Assembly: GCF_006345805.1 (NCBI RefSeq)
Contig: NW_021825691.1
Coordinates: 1 to 14,800, forward strand
DNA: 14,800 bases
Direction of reading: 5' to 3'
DNA from: Octopus sinensis
Taxonomy: Eukaryota
The notes below the pieces were generated by a model. That model was not told the origin of the DNA and made no database searches. It saw only the letters and a program-made list of their open reading frames with translations. Numbering within the stretch: position 1 is the first letter of the stretch; the number at the start of each line of letters is the position of its first letter. A program made the translations under genes and the position numbers. Below are positions 1 to 8,919 of the stretch, piece after piece.

Positions 1-157
1 CCTATTTTTTTTAATTGCAAAGTCTTTGATGAGATCCCTAAAATTAATCTTAGGTAACACATCTGCTTCTATACTCAACAGAGATAAAGGCATCCTGAAT
101 ATTATTTCAGCAAGTTTAAAGTGATTTCTTTTGTGGCGTAAACCATTTACCATTTCT

Positions 158-757
158 TATTTCTTTATTGCCCACAAGGGGCTAAACACAGAGGGAACAA
201 AACAAGGACAGCCAAAGGTATTAAGTCGATTACATCGACCCCAGTGCGTAACTGGTACTTAATTTATCGACCCCGAAAGAATGAAAGGCAAAGTCGACCT
301 CGGCGGAATTTGAACTCAGAACGTAACGGCAGGCAAAATACCTATTTCTTTACTACCCACAAGGGGCTAAACACAGAGGGGACAAACAAGGACAGCCAAA
401 AGTATTAAGTCGATTACATCGACCCCAGTGCGTAACTGGTACTTAATTTATCAACCCTGAAAGAATGAAAGGCAAAGTCGACCTCGGCAGAATTTGAACT
501 CAGAACGTAACGGCAGGCAAAATACCTATTTCTTTACTACCCACAAGGGGCTAAACACAGAGGGGACAAACAAGGACAGACAAACGGATTAATTCGATTA
601 CATCGATCCCAGTGCGTAACTGGTACTTAATTTATCGACCCTGAAAGAATGAAAGGCAAAGTGGACCTCGGCGGAATTTGAACTCAGAACGTAACGGCAG
701 ACGAAATACTGCCAAGCATTTCGCCCGACGTGCCAACGATTCTGCCAGCTCGCCGCC
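158..757 (-). mobile_element. tRNA-derived SINE 'A' (A1 tail): three head-to-tail units, only the last (527-757) carrying the 5' head
   Basis: TATTTCTTT unit starts at 158, 343 and 527 (period 185/184). The minus strand begins GGCGGCGAGCTGGCAGAATCG (A-box-like) and has a B-box GAGTTCAAATTCC in each unit. Flanked by ACCATTTACCATTTCT (142-157) and ACCATTTACCGTTTCT (763-778), 15/16 match. Confidence 0.9.
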
Positions 758-824
758 TATTTACCATTTACCGTTTCTGTGGTGCTCCTCCTTCCTTGAT
801 ATTCTAAGCACGTGCTTATTTTGC

Positions 825-1150
825 TTAATGGTTAATCCAGCACTGATCCGGGTTCGATTCCTGTACATGCTGTCTTCGACAATTTTTTTTTTTACTACAC
901 CCTCGGATTAATCAAACCCTTGAGAATATGATTAGACAACTGGAAACTGTGTGGAAGCCTCTCATATGAACTGTGGTACACGCAATTAAAAAAAAACAAC
1001 CTTGTCAAAAAGTGTCACACTGATTCTGCGTGAGAATTACGTTAAAGGTTTATGCAACTTTGGAATACTCGGCCGCTTCCATGCTAATTCAGTGAGCAGA
1101 AAGTTAAGTTGTTCGAAGAACTGAAGAGACGTCGTCGAAACTTGACGGAG
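825..1150 (+). mobile_element. Degenerate SINE: C-like head followed by a B-like 3' module
   Basis: B-box GGTTCGATTCC at 851-861. 895-965 aligns by eye with the SINE C segment at 6660-6727, and 999-1150 (CCTTGTCA...GAGAATTACGTTAAAGG...GTCGTCGAAACTTGACGGAG) aligns with the reverse complement of the SINE B tail. Confidence 0.55.
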
Positions 1151-1177
1151 ATCCGTCTACACATCTATGTATTAATG

Positions 1178-1180
<3 letters not shown>

Positions 1181-1212
<32 letters not shown>
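1181..1212. repeat. (CT)16 microsatellite
   Basis: Perfect CT run. Confidence 0.97.
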
Positions 1213-1214
<2 letters not shown>

Positions 1215-1301
1215 GCCTCGGTCACTCAGTCTACTTAACCGAATTGTAAACTTTCAAGAAACCGTAAAACAGTTGTCAGTAGAAAAACATAGTACTAAAA
1301 T

Positions 1302-1386
1302 GTATATATATTTAATATATTATATATATAAACATATATACATACACACATACATACATACATACATACATACATGCATGCATACA

Positions 1387-1424
<38 letters not shown>

Positions 1425-1637
1425 TATATATTATATATTATATATATATATATGTATACATACACACATACATACATACAAACATACACATATATATATA
1501 CATATATATATACATATATATTATATATACATACATATATACATACATACATACATATACATGTATATATATACATGTATATGTATACATGCATACATAC
1601 ACACACACACACATATATATATATACACACACATACA
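1302..1637. repeat. Compound (TA)n/(TACA)n/(CA)n microsatellite
   Basis: Visible directly; accounts for ORFs 1273-1692, 1295-1684, 1438-1698 and 1452-1679. Confidence 0.95.
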
Positions 1638-1789
1638 TCGCCGTCATTGCCCTCGCCGCCGCCATCTCTACCTCCGTAAACCAATAAACTAATAACATTT
1701 TTTAAATAAAGTATCTTGGAAAATAACCCACATTCCTACAACCACCACTCCTGCCACCATGAAGCTACAGAAATCATATCAGTGATGCT

Positions 1790-1831
1790 TCTACTACTGC
1801 TACTGCTGCTACTGCGGCTGCTTCTGCTGCT
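1790..1831. repeat. Imperfect (CTG/CTA)n trinucleotide run
   Basis: CTACTACTGCTACTGCTGCTACTGCGGCTGCTTCTGCTGCTG. Confidence 0.8.
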
Positions 1832-1904
1832 GATCTATATTTGCCCATCAATTTGGATGCAATATTCTTCGGATTTAGTGAGAAACGTTTAGTATTTAGT
1901 CAAA

Positions 1905-1954
1905 GGGAAATAACTCCAAGTCTTTATATTTTTGTCCTTTAAGAGTTATTTCCC
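1905..1954. repeat. Perfect 12-bp inverted repeat with 26-bp spacer
   Basis: GGGAAATAACTC (1905-1916) and GAGTTATTTCCC (1943-1954). Confidence 0.85.
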
Positions 1955-1983
1955 CTGCGTTACTATTTTTGTAAACACACCAA

Positions 1984-2205
1984 CCAAATGACAATCGTGG
2001 TGTTAATGGTAACGGTTTCAATATCAAGGCTGGTAGATAGCATCGATCCCCCCGACTAGATAGCATCGACTGGTACTTTATTTCATCGACTACAGAAGGT
2101 TAAAACGCCAAGTTGGTCTCGGTTGGATTTGAATTGAGAATGTAATAAACGAAAATAATTACCACAAGGTATATGGTCCCACGACCAAGCAAAGCTGCCT
2201 TTGAT
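1984..2205 (-). repeat. Degenerate SINE A-like segment, copy 1 of a local direct duplication
   Basis: Shares distinctive sequence with 2950-3134, e.g. CCAAATGAC.ATCGTGGTGTTAATGGTAACGGTTTCAATAT and CGACTACAGAAGGTTAAAACGCCAAG.TGGTCTCGGTTGGATTTGAATT. Confidence 0.75.
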
Positions 2206-2207
2206 AA

Positions 2208-2427
2208 CGCACACACACATACACACACACATACATACATACCTACATACATACCTACATACACACATACATACATACATACATACATACATACATACAT
2301 ACATACATACATACATACATACATACATACCTACCAACCTACCTACATAAATACATACATACATACATACACCATACGCACATACATACATACATACATA
2401 CACACATATATACATAGATGCATACAT
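2208..2427. repeat. (CA)n/(TACA)n microsatellite
   Basis: Visible directly. Confidence 0.95.
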
Positions 2428-2553
2428 AAAAGTCCTTGTTTCTCGGAGCTGGTTCGTCTCGAACCTCCTTTATTCAGGCAACCATGGCCAATCTCTCGTC
2501 ACCCCTACTGTGTCCCACCTCCATCCCCTGCACTAACTACTATTAAAATGGTA

Positions 2554-2944
2554 ATGGATGGAAGCACTCTGTCGGTTACGACGATGAGGGTTCCGGTTGA
2601 TCCGAATCAACGGAACAGCCTGCTCGTGAAACTAACGTGTAAGTGGCTGAGCACTCCACAGACACGTGTACCCTTAACGTAGTTCTTGGAGATATTCAGC
2701 GTGACACAGAGAGTGACAAGGCCGGCCCTTTTGAAATACAGGTACAACAGAAACAGGAAGTAAGAGTGAGAGAAAGTTGTGGTGAAAGAGTACAGCAGGG
2801 ATCACCACCATCCCCTGCCGGAGCCTCGTGGAGCTTTAGGTGTTTTCGCTCAATAAACACTCACAACGCCCGGTCTGGGAATCGAAACTGCGATCCTACG
2901 ACCGCGAGTCCGCTGCCCTAACCACTGGGCCATTGCGCCTCCAC
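2554..2944 (-). mobile_element. Young tRNA-derived SINE 'B', full length (~390 bp), (CCAT)n tail
   Basis: Minus strand starts GTGGAGGCGCAATGGCCCAGTGG (A-box TGGCCCAGTGG), has B-box GTTTCGATTCC and ends CTTCCATCCAT. I count 6 substitutions and 1 indel against the copy at 13359-13750. Confidence 0.92.
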
Positions 2945-2949
2945 AGCCA

Positions 2950-3134
2950 CCAAATGACGATCGTGGTGTTAATGGTAACGGTTTCAATATTAAGGCAGGA
3001 AGATAGAATCGTTCCCCCCCCCCCTGGTACTTTATTTCATCGACTACAGAAGGTTAAAACGCCAAGCTGGTCTCGGTTGGATTTGAATTACCGCAAGGTA
3101 TATGGTCCCACGCCCAAACAAATCTGCCTTTGAT
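2950..3134 (-). repeat. Degenerate SINE A-like segment, copy 2 of a local direct duplication
   Basis: Offset 966 bp from copy 1; lacks the GAGAATGTAATAAACGAAAATAATT segment lying between two AATT motifs. Confidence 0.75.
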
Positions 3135-3166
3135 GATGTTTCGGTTGAGTCAGTGCCGACCTAGGG

Positions 3167-3506
3167 TTAAAGGGGTCCCACGATTCTCAGATGCTTTGGA
3201 TCAACAGCTTCCTATCAGATAAGATAGATTTGTGGTCAAATGTGTTTATGACACATCGTAAATGACTTCTCCCACAGATGTTGTTTACTTTGGTTTTTAA
3301 CCGAAATACATAAACAAAATGGATCTTTTGTGACGAGACGAGCACTTCACCAGATGAACCCAGTACTTCAACTGGTAAACAAGCAAAGCTTAGACACTTT
3401 ACAGTTGAAGACATTTATTCTTTGGACGAAGAGGTTCGCTTACGCAGACAATGAATCTGTTGAAAGTGGTGAGGAAAGTCGCAATTTGGGTGAACAACTA
3501 CGGTAG
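3167..3506 (+). other. Possible eroded left end of a TTAA-type DNA transposon with an acidic N-terminal ORF remnant
   Basis: TTAA|AGGGGTCC at 3167-3178; AAACAAAATGG start context at ATG 3319; a shifted frame reads CDETSTSPDEPSTSTGKQAKLRHFTVEDIYSLDEE, then ADNESVESGEES. No catalytic motif and no matching right terminus found. Confidence 0.2.
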
Positions 3507-3797
3507 TTAAAAGAGAAGGGCCTATTATTGCTATTCTTCTGAATTTTTTTCTGTGTCTATGTCCATTAGCTCTCCCTGCAATGAACAAACATGGAGGTTA
3601 AGAGATGGGACTAGCATAGTTTATTCCCACGAATTATTTTTACGATTCTGTCCGTTAGTTTGTTTGCTATCATTACTCTTGAGCCGTGAATGCAACTATT
3701 TTTTCCTTTTGACTTAGGAACCCATGTTAATCTGAGAGGGTTAATCTGCAACAGTTTAAACAAAACATTAATGGTATCAATACCACAGTGGTTAAGT

Positions 3798-4031
3798 GCG
3801 GCGAGCTGGCAGAGTGGTTAGCACGCCGGGCAAAATGCTTAGCGGTATTTCGTCTGCGTTACGTTGTGAGTTCAAATTCCGCCGAGGTCGACTTTGCCTT
3901 TCATCCTTTCGGGGTCGATAAATTAAGTACCAGTTACGCACTGGGGTCGATGTAATCGACTTAATACCTATGTCTGTCCTTGTTTGTCCCCTCTGTGTTT
4001 AGCCCCTTGTGGGTAATAAAGAAATAGGTAT
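3798..4031 (+). mobile_element. SINE A (A1 tail), single full-length copy with 14-bp TSD
   Basis: A-box TGGCAGAGTGG, B-box GAGTTCAAATTCC, tail AAAGAAATAGGTAT. GGTATCAATACCAC is duplicated at 3773-3786 and 4027-4040. Confidence 0.93.
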
Positions 4032-4164
4032 CAATACCACCGGACTTTGGGCCTTAAAGTCCACATTATCCAACGTGGATTCCTTTTCTTAAGAGCACAC
4101 TCTTTGGTTCAAGAGAAATTTGGTCGCTGTCATTAAAAGATCAACAGACGATTGGATTGGAAGA

Positions 4165-4405
4165 ATCATTAAACTGTTGGACAAAATGCCTTGTGGTATT
4201 TATACGAATCCCACCAAGGTCAACTTTGTCTTCCATCCTTTGAAGATAGGTGAGATGGCAGAATCGTTCTGAGCTCAAATCCTTCCGCAGTCGCTCTTGC
4301 CTTTCATCTCTGCGGAACCGATAAAATAAAGTATCAGTCAAGTCTCGTAGTTAATGGCCTCACCTGAACCCCTACCCTCAACACTGCAGTTCTTGTGCTA
4401 ATACT
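4165..4405 (+). mobile_element. Two eroded SINE A fragments in tandem
   Basis: Recognisable pieces AAAATGCCTTGTGGTATTT, GGTCAACTTTGTCTTCCATCCTTT, TGGCAGAATCGTTCTGAGCTCAAATCC and GCCTTTCATC...GATAAAATAAAGTATCAGT. Confidence 0.6.
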
Positions 4406-4418
4406 CCTTCTACTACAA

Positions 4419-4628
4419 GGCGGCGAACTGGCAGAATCGTTACCGCGCTGGGCGAAATGCTCAGCGGCATTTACGTTCTGAGTTCAAATTCCGTCAGGGT
4501 CCACCTTAACCTCTCTTCACTTTCGGAGTCGATTAAATAAACACCAGTTGAGCTGTAGGATCGATATAAGCGACGAACGTCCTCCGCCGAAGCTTCGGGT
4601 CTTGTGCCCCTAAGCAGAAGGGACCATT
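4419..4628 (+). mobile_element. Older SINE A copy (A2-type tail)
   Basis: GGCGGCGAACTGGCAGAATCGTT head, GAGTTCAAATTCC B-box, ...CTTGTGCC tail. Confidence 0.8.
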
Positions 4629-4632
4629 AAAT

Positions 4633-4848
4633 GCGGTGAACTGGCAGAAACGTTAGGACGCCGGGCGAAATGCTTAGTGGCAGTTCGTCCGTCTTTACGT
4701 TTTGAGTTCAAATTCCACCGCGGTCGACTTTGCCTTTCATCCGTACGAGATCGATAAAATGAGTACCAGTTGAGCACTGGGGTCGATGTGATCGCCTTTA
4801 CCCCGTCCCCTTAAATAGATGGCCTTTTGCCAAAATTTGAAGCCAGTA
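4633..4848 (+). mobile_element. Older SINE A copy (A2-type tail)
   Basis: GCGGTGAACTGGCAGAAACGTTAG head, GGTCGACTTTGCCTTTCATCC body, GGCCTTTTGCCAAAATTTGAA tail. Confidence 0.85.
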
Positions 4849-4849
4849 T

Positions 4850-5005
4850 CGTTTCTACTATAGGAACAAAGCTTGAAATTTTGGGGTAAGGGTTTAAGTC
4901 GATTATATCGACCCCAGTATTAAAGGGATTCATATTTTATTGACCCCGAAACGATGAAAAGCAAAGTTGACCTGGATGGGGTTTGAACTCGGAACGTGAC
5001 GCATC
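4850..5005 (-). mobile_element. Headless SINE A copy, tail-to-tail with the previous copy
   Basis: TAAGTCGATTATATCGACCCCAGT...GACCCCGAAACGATGAAAAGCAAAGTTGACC...TTTGAACTCGGAACGT is the reverse complement of the A body. Confidence 0.8.
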
Positions 5006-5048
5006 GGAATCCTTCTCCCTGCACCTGAAGTAGAAACGATTATTAGCA

Positions 5049-5356
5049 GGTCATGTGACCCCATAAGACGTCACTCATTGGTTCGTCTCCTTGTTTTATT
5101 CTTTGTTCATTTCGCTTGTCTTTTCTGTTTTCGTTGTGAAGAGGCAAAAAAATAAGGTCGATAACCAGGACGACTTAGCCTCACTCTGGATTGCTGCACT
5201 TTACCGGAAGTTACCGGAAATTACGCATAACAAACAAACAAAGAAGAGAATAAAGGAATAAAAACAACAAAACAAACAAACGATCCACTTGTTGTTGTTA
5301 TTGTTGATCATAAAATGAAGGATATAATCACTTTTGTATATTATTACACTTCCGGT
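5049..5356. promoter_or_regulatory. Candidate TATA-less promoter/enhancer motif cluster
   Basis: GGTCATGTGACC (M-box/CLEAR-like, 5049-5060), GACGTCA (CRE-like, 5067-5073), ATTGG (reverse CCAAT, 5077-5081), ACCGGAAGT (5203-5211), ACCGGAAAT (5213-5221) and ACTTCCGGT (5348-5356), all in non-SINE sequence. Confidence 0.5.
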
Positions 5357-5450
5357 TTTTCACAAACATCGTTCTTTTATCGGTTGTTCGTGTTTCACTT
5401 ATTATTTCTTTCTATCTTTGTTTGTTTGTTTCTTTCTTTCTTCCTATTTT

Positions 5451-5586
5451 GGTTGAGTCGTTAAAGCACCGAGGACGAAATGCCTTGTGGTATGTGATAT
5501 TCATTCCAACTTCCAGCGTTCTGAGTTCAGATTCCGTTGAGGTTAAAACTTTTCCTTCCGTCTTTCCGGAGTCAATAAATTAAGAA
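5451..5586 (+). mobile_element. Eroded SINE A fragment
   Basis: GACGAAATGCCTTGTGGTAT...CGTTCTGAGTTCAGATTCC...GGAGTCAATAAATTAAG. Confidence 0.6.
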
Positions 5587-5600
5587 CGAAGTGGAACGAG

Positions 5601-5992
5601 TTCCATCAGGGCAATGCTCCCGCACGGCAAATCCTTGGTTTCCGATGGCTGATGCGCGTGACTAAGACTTCGAGCTGGTTGGTCAATCCCTTTATTCTCC
5701 TGATTTGGCCTCATCTGACTATCATCTGATCCCCAACATCAAAAAAAAAACCCCCCAAAAAACCTCTTGGCTGGAAACGAATATCGCAGTGATGATGACA
5801 TCATGTCTGCTGTTGATGACTTTTTTGAACCAACAAGATGAAGGTTTCTTCGCCAGTAGGATCCAAACACGGCCACACCGATGGAAGAAGTGTGTGGGCC
5901 GCAAGGTGGGGACTATGTTGAAAAATAAACCATATTTGGTGATATTCTATGAGAGTATCTTGGTCACCCTATGAACTTCTCCGCCGACCCCT
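5601..5992 (+). pseudogene. Mariner (Tc1/mariner, DD34D) transposase C-terminal relic plus probable right terminal region
   Basis: Across frameshifts reads FHQGNAPA-KSLVSMADARD*DFELVGQSLYSPDLASSDYHLIPNIKKK-LLAGNEYRSDDDIMSAVDDFF-NQQDEGFFASRIQTRPHRWKKCVGRK-GDYVEK* (stop 5926-5928). It carries the YSPDLAPSD-type motif, and 34 residues lie between the second catalytic position (D mutated to G) and the third D. One internal stop and several frameshifts; TIR-like AACTTCTCCGCCGACCCCT near 5974-5992. Confidence 0.9.
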
Positions 5993-6440
5993 GTGGGACT
6001 GTGAACTAGCAGAACCTTAGAGTGGTATTTATTTGGGGTCTTTGCATTCCGAGTTCAAATCACTCACAGGTTTAATCCCTCTCCCGGTTTTACACCGCCA
6101 TCTTGAGAGACTTTGTCGGAGTCTTCCTCCTGTTGGAAGTATTTGGACAAGGTCTCTGGTTATAGGGGGTCTTAGTCCCTCTCTACTTTCCCTAGTCTTG
6201 GAGACCCTGATAAAGATCACGAATATTGCCTTGCCCCCTTCTTTCACCTTCTTCCCCTTTTCCCCATGTGACACGCCTACAGACATCAGCAATCACGGGT
6301 CTCCATACAAAACACTCAATTGAATTACTTAATAGAAGTTATTTCTCTTAATTATATACATATATATATTGTGAAATTTGATTTAGTATTGCTAAATTGA
6401 ATTTTTCCCTATAAGTTTGGAATTATATATTCCCTACTAT

Positions 6441-6518
6441 TAATAATAATAATGATAATAATATAATAATAATAATAATAATATATATATATATAATATA
6501 TATATATCTATATATATA

Positions 6519-6559
<41 letters not shown>
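6441..6559. repeat. (AAT)n then (TA)n microsatellite
   Basis: Visible directly. Confidence 0.95.
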
Positions 6560-6563
<4 letters not shown>

Positions 6564-6565
6564 AT

Positions 6566-7272
<707 letters not shown>

Positions 7273-7294
7273 TATACACATATATGTATATATT

Positions 7295-7570
7295 CTTTCA
7301 TTCTTTTACTCGTTTCAGTCATTTGAGAAACATACGCACATACAAAGGCACTCACATACACTCACATACATACACAGACACAAAAGCACACACACGCACA
7401 GAGGCACACACACACACACACAAAGAGGTACACACATACACACGCACAGAGGCACACACACATACACATATACGTCGGGATTCTTTCAGTTTCCATTTAC
7501 GAAATCCACTCAGAAGGCTTTGGTCAACCCTGGCCAAGGTGCCATGCAGTGGGATTGAACCCGGGACAAT
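7295..7570 (-). mobile_element. Internally deleted SINE C: tail, CA-rich tract, partial head
   Basis: TTCTTTTACTCGTTTCAGTCATTTG is the C tail reversed; CTTTCAGTTTCC...GAAATCCACTCAGAAGGCTTTGGT...CCAAGGTGCCATGCAGTGGGATTGAACCCGG is the C head reversed. Confidence 0.7.
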
Positions 7571-7600
7571 GTGTGCGTGTGTGTGTTTGTGTTTGTGTAT

Positions 7601-7758
7601 GATAGGCTTCCCCGCAGTTTCCGTCCACCACATTCATTGGCAAGGTGTTGGTCGGCCGAGGGCGTTGGTGGGAGACACTTGCTGAAGGTGGAGCACGGTG
7701 GGCGTGAAACCGGAACCACGGTGTTGCGAAGCGAACTCCATAACCACTTAGCCATGCC
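7601..7758 (-). mobile_element. Diverged SINE C-like head
   Basis: AGGCTTCCCGCAGTTTCCGTC...GACACTTGCTGAAGGTG...GAAACCGGAACCAC...TAACCACTTAGCCATGCC. Confidence 0.7.
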
Positions 7759-7759
7759 C

Positions 7760-8150
7760 GCACACACGCACACATACACACATGCACACACACGCACAAA
7801 CACAAGCACACACGCACTCACACACAGACGCACACATGCACACTAACACCCACACATACGAACACGCACATGTACACACATACACGCACACATACACACA
7901 TATACGCACACATACACACACATACACACGCATACGCATACACACACATGTATGTACACACATACGCGTACACATACGCGTACACATACGCGTACACATA
8001 CGCGCACACACACATACACAACCCTGCACACACATGCGCACACACATGCACACGCACACACATGCACACGCACACACATGCACACGCACACACGCATACA
8101 CATGCACACGCACACACACGCACACACACATACATACACGCACACGCACA
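7760..8150. repeat. Degenerate (CA)n tract with higher-order units (CACATACGCGTA, CACACATGCACACG)
   Basis: Visible directly; explains the His/Thr- and Val/Cys-rich ORFs. Confidence 0.92.
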
Positions 8151-8161
8151 GAGGTACACGA

Positions 8162-8321
8162 CAACGACTACAGCAGCAACAACAACACAAACAAAACCAG
8201 CAACAACAATAACAACACAACAACAACAAAAACGATAACGACATTAACAACAACACAACAACAACAACACAAGAGCAACAACAACAACAACAACAACAAT
8301 AACGACAACAATAACAACAAC

Positions 8322-8353
<32 letters not shown>

Positions 8354-8510
8354 TAACAACAACAACAACGATAATAACAATAACAACAACAACAACAACG
8401 ATAATAACAATAACAACAACAACAACAAAAACAACAACAACAATAACAACAACAACAACAACAACGATAATAACAACAACAACAACAACAACAACGATAA
8501 TAACAATACC
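8162..8510. repeat. (AAC)n/(AAT)n trinucleotide tract with recurring GATAATAAC interruptions
   Basis: Visible directly. Confidence 0.95.
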
Positions 8511-8919
8511 AGCAACACCTCCAGCAGCAGCAGCCGTCCAAGAATTTGGACCTGGAGATCTCCATTTCCAGCGACTTTGAGGGTCACCTCCCAATGGTGT
8601 CGGGCATCAACGAAGAGCCCTCGACTACAACAAGACGACCAAAGTTTTTTTTTCCCCCAAGGTCTGGGGTCTCCCGCCCCCTCTAAGCCCTAGACCATCA
8701 CCTAATCACCCTAACCCGTCTTGTTGCTTAACAACAACAATACCAGCAACAGCAACAACAACCCCGATTTCTCCACAAAGAAGAACAACAACATTATCAC
8801 CACAAGAAGCCATGGCAGCCATATTTCATTTAATACGAAGAATTCCCTCCACCACCAGAAAAAAAGAATGGTTTTCTACATTACCAGAGATCGATGTCAA
8901 AATATTCTTCAGTTTATAA
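8504..8919 (+). other. Coding-like unique island (possible exon, pseudo-exon or UTR)
   Basis: Frame 2 is open 8504-8686 (QYQQHLQQQQPSKNLDLEISISSDFEGHLPMVSGINEEPSTTTRRPKFFF...). Frame 1 is open 8581-8919 (...SPKVWGLPPPLSPRPSPNHPNPSCC...EAMAAIFHLIRRIP...). No confident homologue or splice sites. Confidence 0.25.

Noticed and set aside
158-757. CRISPR-like or satellite interpretation of the 184-bp periodicity
   Set aside because: There are no unique spacers; the units are SINE bodies that also occur singly elsewhere in the window.
1121-1160. Hammerhead-like CTGAAGA-GACGTCGTC-GAAAC...GTC
   Set aside because: Stem II is minimal, stem III mismatches after 2 bp and no stem I partner exists. The sequence aligns with the eroded SINE B tail.
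2553-2682. Identical peptide MDGSTxSVTTMRVPVDPNQRNSLLVKLTCKWLSTPQTRVPLT in ORFs 2173-2682 and 13208-13489
   Set aside because: It is the antisense reading of two near-identical SINE B copies, not a conserved protein domain.
2830-2944. tRNA-like heads of the SINEs as tRNA genes
   Set aside because: A and B boxes are present, but I cannot fold a full cloverleaf, and each head continues into a repeated SINE body.
8693-8720. CCCTAG/CCTAAT/CCCTAA telomere-like hexamers
   Set aside because: Only scattered, non-tandem units, compatible with chance.
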